Part shown: positions 10,307 to 21,929 of the stretch, in pieces
How the letters are laid out: each line of letters begins with the position of its first letter
How positions within the stretch are numbered: the stretch's first letter is position 1
Assembly (NCBI GenBank): GCA_964199315.1
Contig: OZ116710.1
Location: forward strand, 2,790,001-2,854,000
Reading direction: 5' to 3'
Source of the DNA: Orbicella franksi
Lineage: Eukaryota
DNA: 64,000 nt
Notes under the pieces: generated by a model
Told to the model about the DNA's origin: nothing
Seen by the model: only the letters and a program-made list of their open reading frames with translations
The model's database searches: none
Program-made: the position numbers and the translations under genes

Positions 10307-13300
10307 TTTGGATATTTGTCTACTGAATAGCCTTTCCAAGACCGTTAAGCGAGCATACACAAATTGTAGGTCTGATCACTCTTTTCGTTGGTGTGACGAG
10401 AAATCTACATGTACAATGTATTATGCAAGGGCCCACGTACGACATCTGGGCTGCACCCTATATCTGAAACTTAGTAAGAGCCCGGCTGTATAATAATCTT
10501 AAAGCTTTGGACGGCATATTTTTTCAAGTACGTCTCATTCGAATAAGAGTAATAATAGTAAAGGTCCACCAACGCGGTGCAAAGAGTAATGGTTACTGGA
10601 CCATATCTTGAGTACAATTAAATGCGAAATTGGCAAACGTAAACGGAAGGGTGGCCCGTGGAAATAAAGGTGATATTTGTCTGGCCTTTTGTATTCGTGC
10701 ACGGGAAGTTTTTCTGGAGGATTGAAAGAATGTAAGATTGAAAAGAAGCCGAAAGGAACAGATAACACGCTAATAAGGTTTTGTAGGATAACATATCGAA
10801 AACATTTACGTGCATTGGCAATTCGATCATGATTTTGGTCAAGCATTAAAAAAGTTCTAACCAAATCACGTGCACATTAGTACTGTCCGTCGCTAGTAAT
10901 CAAATTGTACCATTTTCATTTAGTTCAGCTGATATGACAAGAGCATTTAATTGTCATGACTATCTATGGCCGGAGAATTTGTGATGGTTCAAATGGACAG
11001 CTTATTTTCCCGACTTCTAGTCTGTTCTATTTAATAACATTAGCATTAAAATAAAAGAATAAATAAGAATACGCGGTCATTGCATTAAGCAACATTCTCG
11101 CTAATCTCCCTGAGTCATGTAATCTAAATACTCGTGCCTTCGATCAGTTAATTGCAGCATCTCAATTATGACTGTCACTTATATTTAAGAACCTCAGCCC
11201 AAAACCCTCCGTAAAATTTGTTTGAACAATCACTTTAAACTGTATTGTCAAAGCATAGTTCCGAGCGAGTGGAATTAAACGCAAAAATGATCATTGAAAT
11301 TAAACGACCGTAAAACCAACATATTGGTACTTGATGTTAAGCTTTCTTCTGAGTGGTCGGCTATGTGTCGACCTTTCTTTAACAAGGAGGGTATATGATA
11401 CCCCTCTATTATCGAGTTGAATTCATGCCTTGTATTCTGTTAAAACAACTCATAACAAAAAGTACTTAATGGTTTCTCTAGAAAAGAAAGTATGAAACAT
11501 GCCGCGGAAGGTCTCCCACGCTTAACGGAAGCCTGAACCCAAGTGCTGATTCATTAAAGATCCCGAAAACAAATTGTGTCTCCGCATTGATCTGCACGAC
11601 AGGAAGTTTTTTTATACAGACTTCTCTTGCTCTTTCTAATATGCTAACCAGGTCCACCTGAACTTCATTCATCAACTGACGTCCATCCCTCTACAATTTG
11701 GAATTTACTGGGGGGCACGATAAAGACATCATGAGTTTTTTTCTCTTCCGTTATTACTCTCTTTCTCTCTCTGAAATCTAATATTACTTAACTTTTAATA
11801 AGTCATGGCGGTAAAAATTTATTGTTTCAACGGAAACGGCTTTATTGCATTTTTCGAGACGTCGAGGATATTGTATGGTGTTTACGACAGCAACAAATTT
11901 CTATATCATTGCCAAGACAAAGATGAACAAAAGTTCATGTTTCGTTGATTTGTTTCATTACAAACTTTGACATTTTCTCAGCATTAAATCAATCCTTTTT
12001 ATATGTTACATGCTCTATAATAGAGTCATTATTGGTTAAAAGTCAAAAGTCAATAAAATACTTCAACAGTCAGCATTAGCGCTCTTTCGTTGCTGTGTGT
12101 TTTGGGCAATCAATCCAGGATAATTAAAAATAGTATTATTTCAGATTTTGTTTTTCGACATCGCTAGACAGAAGTAAACAGCTCGACCCCTGATAGACTA
12201 GTCCAAGTTGTCTAAGTTTGTCTTAAAATCGCTAGAAAGGGTATTCAATTAGTTTTCTTCAGTCTCTTGTCAAAATGGACAAGATGAAAAAATCAACATA
12301 CCTATCTGTTTGTAGCTACAACCCCTCTAACCTTTTCAATTAGGGTAAATCAAAATGAACTTGCTTTAAAATACGTACAAATAGAATCGATTCAATATAC
12401 AGAATAAGCTACAATAAATTCAAGCTAAGTTTGTTTCGATTTGCTATTCTCTTTCAGTCGTGGCTACAGAAATCCATGCTGTGTACATCTATGTTTTTAT
12501 AAAACTCAAGCATTTATTTTGACCGGCATAGTGGCTTATCGAATGGCTGCTTACTAATATAACTTGGTAACTTGGTGCCTTTGATACAGCGTAGGCATGG
12601 AAAAACAATTATCTTCCTGGAACAAAAATTCTCAAGATATATTTATTTTGTTATTTGGTCAGAATAGTTTTCTCGGCTACTCAAGTTTCGTACATCCCCT
12701 AAGTTTCAATGCATACAATATAATGGATAAAATAAATTAAAACAAAGAAAAAACTATATACGTATAAATGTTTGCAGAAATAGGAATTAAAATGACTGGT
12801 TATAAACCACCAAGTTAGTGTGTCAGTGAATATCCACCGTGAATCAAAGGGCAAAAGGTTTCATTGTCTGGCTGTAATGCAATGTGAGGGTCACTTCAGT
12901 CTGAAGGTAGGGATGCAATCAAAAAATATCACCAAGATAGGATAAATACATGTAGGGTCTACTGGAAATAGAACTGCACATCACATAAAGAGACCAACTG
13001 GTAAAGCATGTATGAGGTCGAGCAAGTAAGTGAAAGGAGTCAAATGATAACCGAGATCAAATGATGGAAGAGTAAACAACTTAATTAAAGAAAAAAAATG
13101 GAAAGACTCAGTTTTTTTGTTCCCTTCTCTAGAGAGTTGTGCTTTTTTTTACATCCAACTATAAATAGTTTTGAAGAAGCCGAGACATCTGGAAATGTCC
13201 AACTAAAGAGAAATGTCCAAGTACATGATGTAAAGTTTGCACTAACTTCACTTTTATAGTAGAGAATGAAGAAAGCGAAATTTTAGCTAAATTTCCTAAG

Positions 13301-14699
13301 ATCTAAGATTTAGTTTTAAATTAGTCCTTTAATGTTCATTTGGTATAACTAATGAAAATTTGATCACTTCTATGTTGCACGTATTCTTTTGCGTTCTAGC
13401 AACAAAAGGCACGAGATGTCCAAGTGTACTGCATGAGATATTAACTCAAGGTAGGGAACTTATCTCGTTATCGATATCTACTCTGCAAAATCCAAAAAGA
13501 CATTCCATACTTACCACAATCGCTTTAAGCATGATGTGTACTTGTTTTTAATAAATCGAAATTGTTCCAAGATACCAACAGGTGCTTCTGGTAAATGTAA
13601 ACACGAAGGGTTTTCACTGCTAACAGGAAACTTCCCAACCGGTATCTTCGCGTTGTCCATGTTTAAATGTTTCGAATTACCCAACAGCGCTTGCATGGTT
13701 AAACACAAAATGTGAAATACATTTTGTTGAAATACCAGTCTGTAGTCTACCTATCCAAGAGTAACAATTACTTTCTCAAGTTGTACCAACTACTTTGATG
13801 GTAACCATTTTAACAGTATAAAGAGATTATAATTTGCGTGACACATTTTCACGCACAAACAAATTTGTTCAGTAAAATGAATTAGTAATTACAGAATAAA
13901 ACTTCATAAACGAAAACATCAGAAATTATGATAGAGACTTCAGACGACCAACCGGCCACTTCCGCGTGGGCGATGTCTTCCTCTTTCCTCAAAGGCGGTA
14001 AAAATGGACAATCTAGAGGATTGTGGCCTTGGCTGTCTTGTCAGTAAGTTTTGCCAATGTATCACATGAAGATTGAAGCTTTTGTTCATGTTAGGTAGCT
14101 TTCTTTTAGTTTTCTTTTCAGCCTGTTACAACTTCACATGGTTAGGAACCTAGAAGTTCTGCTCTAACAGCAGGTGATGACCCTTTGGTGGGGTCATATC
14201 ATTACTGTTATTTTCTATTCATCTAATTTTAAAAAAATCGTAAACCTTCGCGTGGAGCCAGGACTTAAAAACAAAGAACTAGGAAGCGAATTTTAAGCTT
14301 TTACTTTAAGGTTTTCAAGTAGAGGCAATTTTTTTCAAGGAAAGTTCCTATCAAGTATGTGGTTCAGGAACCGGCATATTTGGGCTTATTGTAATTGCTG
14401 TTATTTTTTCACTCATCTAATTACTATGTACCCATACTCTTAGCACGGAATCACGACTTCATAAGGTTAGTCTTAAATTGGGAAATTTTACTGCCTTCTG
14501 GTTTTAAGTTAATTTTATTTCATCACAACAGTTTGTCCGGTTACGAAAATCAGATTCGTATGTCAAATTGTGTAACATATCTGTTAAAAGGGCATCTCAT
14601 ATATTGCTGCGAGTATGGTGAGGATATCAGACTTATCAGCAATAGTATAGAAATACGTACTAAAAGGGATTTCTTAAAACTTAAAACGGTAAAAACGAA

Positions 14700-15543
14700 C
14701 GATAAAATCCGACGTTTCGGAGTAGTCATGACCGCATTATCAATGAAAAATGTATGTTAGATCACGCAAATAACAGCATTTAAGGCGATTTTGGCGCATG
14801 AAAGGGTGCGAAGATTATGAAAATGCTTTCGCACGAATGGAATCTGATTACACGTTAAGATTTGGCTTTAAAGCTCTTATAAAAAGCATTTCGCGCACCA
14901 AACAGTCAAATTTGCTTCTGCATTTCTTAAACACTTCGAAACACTTTAGCAGGTCCTGAGGCATCGTCCAGTGCACATTCCTGTAGTGTTTGGTAATGGC
15001 GGAGGATTGTTGTTTATGTTCTTTTACACGATTATGTAAATGTCCGCGTGTGTAACCTACATAACCCGCATCACACAGTTCGCATCGAAAACTATAAACA
15101 ACACACTGCTGATTTACAATTGGTAGCTTTGTTTCTTTCACAACTCAGGTCTACTCTTGCACTATCAGAGTCATGTTGACAATCGGTACAAAAATGGCTT
15201 ACTGTGAACTATGCTTGATCGAGCACATCGTTCATCTTCATCTTGGTCACATTTTTCCGACGAATTTGACCGTCTGAAGACAGTATTCTCCCGTTTGAAG
15301 TACCCCAAACACCTCGTTAACTCTACCATAAAAAGTTTCGTTGACTCAGAGGTTTGTGACCAGCAGCAGCTTTCATCACCATCTCAAGAGACGGATGACA
15401 CGATTCGAGTAACTTTACCATTTAAAAACCAAATCTTAGCAGATATTGTGAGGAAACAACTCAAGGATCTCAGCCTAAAAGTACACACCATCATCCAGCG
15501 TGTGGTTGTGAGCCGAAAAATTGAACGAGAACTTAAATGTGGC
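14700..15543. mobile_element. Truncated, internally inverted Penelope-like retroelement (RT C-terminus/linker on +, GIY-YIG endonuclease on -)
   Basis: Minus ORF 14848..15141 (CVVYSFRCELCDAGYVGYTRGHLHNRVKEH...EMLFIRALKPNLN) is a PLE GIY-YIG domain. Plus frame from about 15142 (NSGLLLHYQSHVDNRYKNGLL*TMLDRAHR...YPKHLVNSTI...LPFK...SRKIERELK) is the RT thumb/linker. Both parts carry premature stops. A hammerhead-like tail lies at 14711-14743. Confidence 0.85.
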
Positions 15544-16020
15544 TTTAGTCTAGCTCGAATATAAAACCTTTTCACCCGATATTCAGTGAGAATTTTTCTT
15601 GTCTATAAACTGCAACGTTTTGTTTGGTTTAATTGCATATTACCCAAGAAATGAGCAATTATGTTGAACGTGCCTGTACATGCTCTGTAATTAAACAAAT
15701 TGTCCGTGTAGGTTGAAAATTAAAGCTTATATGCATCTGAAATTGACGCAGGAGTGATTTGTCCTACTTATTAGGGTCACTGGTTCAAATCTGGTGTGAG
15801 TGATTTTTTTTCCTTTTCCTTTTACCTTTTATTTTTGCTGAGGATGAAAAGCGGCTGGGTATATTTTTTTCATAGCTTTTTTAGCAATTTCCTCTGCGCG
15901 AGGAAATCATGCAAAGAAATCCTCCTGGCTGGAATTTGTGTCTGTACAGCGCAGACGAATTTTTTCCCCTTTGACAAGAAATCTCGGCTGAATTATAACC
16001 AGGACTAATGTCCTGACAAA

Positions 16021-16282
16021 AAGCTAATTCTAACAGCTAGTCAAAAACGGGATCGCTCAAGTCGCTATGCAATTGAATGCTTTGTTAAACCTACCGACCA
16101 TCCTCTGACCAAACAGAAAAGCTGTCTTGTGTCATGTTCGTTATTTTTCTATCGAGTTATAGAAACACTCCTAACTCCCACTCCATGGAAGCACGAAATA
16201 AACTAATTCTAACAGCCAGTCAGAAGCGGAATCCCTCCAGCCGACCAATCGAATGAAGTTTGAAACCTACCGACCATCCTCT
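16021..16282. repeat. Diverged direct repeat of about 85 bp, period about 179 bp
   Basis: CTAATTCTAACAGC...AAACCTACCGACCATCCTCT occurs at about 16024-16107 and 16203-16282. Confidence 0.6.
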
Positions 16283-17354
16283 AAACTGCAGTCGATCTGT
16301 TGATCCGCCCTCTCGAGCGTGAAACTTGAGTAACTCTCGTTCATCTTAAACGTTTATACCTCAAAGCAATATGAATACAGTGTTGCTTCTGCTAGGGACT
16401 GGGGCGTATCTAGGGGGATTCGGGGGTTCGGTAAAATCCCCTAAATTAAAAAGAATGAGCCATTATAACACGCTGACTTGGCCTCAGAATGCCGGAAATC
16501 CCATTTCTCAGATCCTCAGTGTTGAAAATTCCCCTCCCCTCCCCCCCTACAGGGAACAGCCTTCATGCACGGTCCGTATCTCGTTTCCCCTGTGTATCCG
16601 CCACAGAGGGATGCATATCAACGATATGCTCAAATTTCGTCAAGATCAAATACGCTCCAAAGTTTGTGTACACAGTCGGTTTTTAAAATTGCAGTGAAAG
16701 TTAGGTTTGCTGAATAAGTATAAACTCCGCTAATAAAAGGTCGTACAGATACATAAGGAGCAAAATCGACGACGTCTCAACAATCAAGGAGTTGAACTCC
16801 GACGTACTTAGGATATATATCAAGATAGCGGTAGGGTGGAGGATTTGAGCAAGTAGATTTTTTAAAACAACCCCCCAAAACAAGATGTAACATACATTAT
16901 TTGCAACGAGCCGGGCGCCGCTCAATGCGGAGGACGAGCCAGAAGAGCCCAACTGGTGCAACTGAGATCAAAATCCATCTCAAACAGGGATGGACAAGAC
17001 CGGCTTAATACAAATCATCAATGGCGGGTTCAGAAAAGAATGCTTTCTTTTAAAAACTTCTGTCGCCGGAAGCCGTCTACCATTTTAAATGTGCTTATAT
17101 AAAAACACCACTGACCACTGACCACTGACAAGATAGTAAAAACTAAACAAACCATTTCCACACACGGGAAAGGGTCAAAAAGGCAGTTTTCGACAAGTTT
17201 TAGTTTTCGATAAGTTTTCGTTTTTCGAAAAGTGAAACTAGTCGACGACAACTGATGAAAAACATGGTATTAAGTTGTCGACATCTTGTCTCACTAGTTT
17301 TGGTTAACGATGACATTCAGTTGTCGTTACAATTATAGTTGTCGACAACTAAAT

Positions 17355-17640
17355 GAGAGTCCCAATGGTTGGTGGCTTTTACGGTTAATATTTTGGCTTT
17401 TTCACGTCTAACAATGGATAGTTTATTTTTCTTACGGTTATAGCCATCTTAGAATCTAATTACCATCGTTTCAAAAACCATTTAAAAAATAATAATTGTT
17501 TATACGGTAACAAATTTATTTTGAGTACTACATAAAAAATATATATTTAAGGTCTTAGGACCACTCTGGGGTGCAAAAGGTATTAGTATTGCAAGACAAG
17601 ACACAACAATTTATCGTCAAGAGATCTTGAGACTTTGAAG
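17355..17640. mobile_element. Degenerate partial copy of the 6633-7094 element
   Basis: Starts GAGAGTCCCAATGG; shares CTTTTACGxTTAATATTTTGGCTTTTT, CTTACGGTTA and GATCTTGAGACTTT with the 6633 copy. Confidence 0.6.
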
Positions 17641-19519
17641 AGTCAAATTTTAAATGCAGAGGAAAGTTGTCACATTTTTGTTTCGCTTTAGAACAGTAAA
17701 GGAATTCGGCTGATTTCGTTCTTTTGTAACTAGTAAAAGGTATTATAAAAAAAGTTTTCATATGGCCTTTTATTTAGAGGGTTTGATTGGTTGTTTTTAT
17801 TTTTGTTACAATATGTAACTGTCGTTTTTTGCATGCAAAAAACAACTGCCATACTTGATGGGGACGCAAAGGCTTGATTACAAAGTCGTAGATTACAAAG
17901 TCTTAGAATGCATGACGACTGATTAATCATTTTAAATTCTATTTGTGAGCACACATTAAGACGCAGAGTGTACCTTGGCTATTCAATATATTTAAATACA
18001 GTTATATCTACTCTCTGAACTAACTTATATTCGGTTCTAATATCATTTCCCACACATATCAGGCTCCATGAAATGACAAGATTTATTAATTTCTGTAGAT
18101 TTGAAGGTTCTATATTGTTCCGAACAGCTGTGAATCCCGCAAGAAAGCTGAACGCCAAGTAATGAAGTAAGGAGAGCATAATCATTTGATGGCCGGATAA
18201 CAGCAGGCTGTGGCGAAAGTAAACGTGACTTATACCGCAAGAAAGCGTGCCTTCCCAGACCTAAATGATCATGAAGAGAGCATAAATCGGAAAGATGAAC
18301 GTGATCTCCAGTTCCTTGATTATGAGCAATAGGCCAACAACACGATAGCAGTTGTAAAATATCTGTAGAGAAGACAATCGACTTATGAACGAAAGTGTAC
18401 CAGACGTTTGTAAGAAAATAATGATCTACTAATTATCTAAAAAATATCTATAATCAAATTACAAGCTCATAAACTGGATGGATAACAATTATTAAGTTTT
18501 CTATGCGGCGTACAGAGCACAAATTGTTAGTGACTGCCTAAACTTAAAACGGCAGGATTTCGGACGCTAGAGGCCTTCAGCGACAAGTTATGTGGGAACG
18601 ACGGCGGATGCTTGGCGCGGGCCTTGCAGACCGCTGAGATACGTCACTATAGTTCCACAAGAATGAGAGCAGTGAAGGAATTGATTAGACAGAGCATAAT
18701 TTTGACAGAGACTTCGTGAGGCCTGACTTTAAGTTAATCATTACAGCAATTAGTCCTCTACCTCATGGATCCCTGAACACAGTAGCTCAATAGTTTTTAG
18801 GTCACCAGAGCAAAGTTCAGCAGGTTCACAGATATAACAAATATAACATCAGATTTGTCTCATATTTGTCTTAAAGCCAAATATGATCAAATCCATTATT
18901 TCATCCAGTGATTGTGGCTCCTGAAATGTTCTCTTGGAAGTAATACGCCGTAGGAATTACCTCCCGGTTTTCAGGTAGCGGCGATGCCACATTCGTTTTG
19001 TCGGCTATTTTGTTTTACTTTTCCAGGACGTTAGGCCTCCCCTTTCCTCTCTCCACCCGTCTTAATAGGGCGAAAAGGTGGAACTAGCACAATACCAACT
19101 TAAAATAAATAAATAAATAAATAAATAAATACATAAATAAAAAAAGTAAATAATCAATAAATAGATTTAAACTTTGATAGAAACACAGAGCTAGCACGAG
19201 CTGTTGACGTAATGATAGCGCGAGCAAAGAGAATTTACATTTTGATAATCAAGGTAAACAAGTTGTTTTCTTTCCTTCTCCTCGGAATTTTCTAAAAAAA
19301 AAAAAAAAAAATAGAAAACATGTTCACCGTGTTTTTATCGAGTTGTAGCAACACTTGTGAAAGCTTAGGAGAACTCGAAAAAGCTGTGAAAACACTCGCC
19401 TGTCGGCTCGTGTTCCCACGACATTTCTACCAAACTTCCACTCGTGTTTCAATCAAACAATTAGATTATGTGCTCAAAATTTCTATCACGCATATAAATC
19501 GAGAGCGAATAATCTAGTT

Positions 19520-19724
19520 GTTTTAGTATAAATCTACTAGTTATTCAAAGTTTTATCTAAATTCTCTTCGCAGACACTTCAAAAACGCCAAGAAGCGGCC
19601 GTCATTTCGTTAACAAGGGCACACTGCTACGTTACTTCTTATCTATCACAGAATAAATAGTGAGAAACGTAGCCAATCAGAGAACGGCATTCGTGATAGA
19701 ACGCTAGTAGATTTATCCTAAAAC
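19520..19724. mobile_element. MITE-like element
   Basis: GTTTTAGTATAAATCTACTAG / CTAGTAGATTTATCCTAAAAC inverted termini. Confidence 0.55.
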
Positions 19725-20356
19725 TCGATAGAAACACGATTCACGCTTTTCATTTCTTAAGTAATAATAACAATAATAATGTTATATGTAAAAAAAAAAA
19801 AAAAAAAAAAAATTAATCAATAAGGGGACAGATGTCTTGAGTGTACAACAGTGTCAAATAATTTCGCTAGCATTTGTGAACCTCATACGAAATAAGTACG
19901 TGACAACCCGTGGAACTTGTTAGTTAAAGAAGGAATGATAAAATAGTTCATCTGCTCTGTGGTATGAGAGTCTTGATATACAACTCAAGTGGAACATGGA
20001 TGAAACGGTACCGCCGGATACACATCACGCCTCCTTTCAATCGTGCTGATTTGCGGATACTCCTTTAGTTCGAGTGCTTTTCAGTGTTGCCCACCACATG
20101 TTTTTCCACTACTTGATGGAGCGAAACGATTGTATTTTACGCACATGTGGGACCAAAACAATACGCGAAAGCAACCACTTTGAAAAAAAGAGAGCTTTTT
20201 GGAATAGAAAAATCTGAATATGCTCTTTTTTTCACATTCAAATCCTAACCGTGGAGTCAAACTCCTCAGATTTACAGTGCAGGTTTACCGCCTGCTTTTC
20301 GTGGCTTTTGAATTTGTAATCAAGTACAATGAAATGGACAGATAACGATTAAGCAT

Positions 20357-20950
20357 CCACAGGGGGGTACTCCCATAGAGAAGGTATATGGGTATGTGCC
20401 ACTGTGAATGGTATGGATTTCATGCAGTTTAGTCTGGGGTAGGGTATAGAAATCAGACAATTTGGGTCTAGAATAGGGTATAATTTACCGGAAGTGGATT
20501 CTTTGCAAAGGGTTCTATAACTCTGAAGTGACTTGTAAAATACTGGTTTAGTTAGCGTACGTTGGACTGCAACCGTAAAAACGTTGTTGTATTCAAACTA
20601 CAACCTTGGTCACAAGGGTTGGAAAAATTCATTTTATACGCATTTCGCCCCTCCCCTCCCCTGTTGCCAAAACACTTTCATCTAACACAAGTTTTCATTT
20701 TACTATTTCTCAACATTGATAGGGGAATGGGGGTGCTGGCACTTATTCTGTAGCTATTACGGTTATGAGTTTATGTTTTTGGCATTTTCCAACACAATTT
20801 GTCCACTGTTGTAGCTACTCTGGGTTTGTGGTGCCTACTCTAAAATAGGACTGCAAGAGAGCGCAGATCAAGTTGATCATGGTCTAGTATAGGGTGAGGG
20901 CTACAGTGTCCTACACATCTACCCAAAGATTTACAAATTACACCCCCAGG
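20357..20950. mobile_element. MITE-like element with G-run/C-run termini
   Basis: Left end CAGGGGGGTACTCC, right end TACACCCCCAGG; internal GGTCTAGxATAGGGT repeated. Confidence 0.4.
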
Positions 20951-21929
20951 GACAGTTAGAACTGATCTTCGCATAATGGACAACACATCAACTCCCTTAG
21001 GGCGCAAGAGTCACGTCGCACGTTTATGAGTAGATAGGCTACCTCACTTCAGTCTTTTGATGAACTTACTCAGCGCTGAATATTTCAAATGAAATCCAGC
21101 TAGGTTGTTACAATCCAACAAAACGGTATTTCGTAAAATAAAAAAGAAAACGAAACCGAAATATTTATTTTACGGACGAAGTAAAAAACAATAGTGGGTT
21201 TCCGATTTGCGGCTAGCACATGCCAACATATACATTTGAAGGCAGTCTAAAGTGTACGTCTATGGACACAGCTCAGCCTCATCTGTTTCTACTAGAACTC
21301 CGTCCTAAGAGACTTCAACTCGACACTCTCCCAAGGCATGGCGACCAAGTTACTAGTAAGTGTAACAAATATGTTTGGTAATGGCATTAAGGTGGCATAT
21401 GGATTTTTTTTTTTTAATAGAAAAGCATGCATATGGTTTCATTTTAAGCGCATTGATTGTCAAGTCAACATGCATCAGCAAACTAAGAAAAGAAGTTTAA
21501 CGAAATTAAAAGTTACAGGTTAAACATTCGCGATTCATTGTTTATCAAGTCTAATTATGAAGAAATGCTCGAGTGTTACCTGGTTGTGGTGCGTTAATCA
21601 TTTTTGCGAATGATCATTCTTGAGGATACCTCTTGACATCACACTTAAATGTGTCTCACTTAATAAGGGCTAAATAATTATGGAAGACCAACAAGCCTCC
21701 AACAAGCCTCTATTTACGGCATGCAAACCTTCAGCACCGGAATTCAGCAAAGCATAAGTTCACTTCAGTATAATTTATCAATTGCAGGGATAATGTGGTA
21801 GGTATTAAGTGATGTGGTTTCTGCTTGAACGGACAAGAAAAAAGTGTGAGGGGTGGCTTAAGTGGGCAACACGGACCTATGCGGAACACCTAACACTGCG
21901 GCCATACTAACGTCATTCCCAGTTAAACT

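Noticed and set aside
10535-10864. 109-aa minus ORF sharing KLPV...RLP(I/L)S with the 11478..11675 ORF
   Set aside because: No convincing DNA similarity or splice signals; probably coincidental.
13960-14180. Possible first exon of a plus-strand gene (ETS-like CACTTCCG, ATG, GTAAG donor)
   Set aside because: The next candidate exon reaches a stop within about 15 codons and there is no recognisable homology.
17254-17330. CTGATGA as a hammerhead core
   Set aside because: No stem II followed by GAAA; it is part of a small TTGTCGAC-rich inverted repeat.
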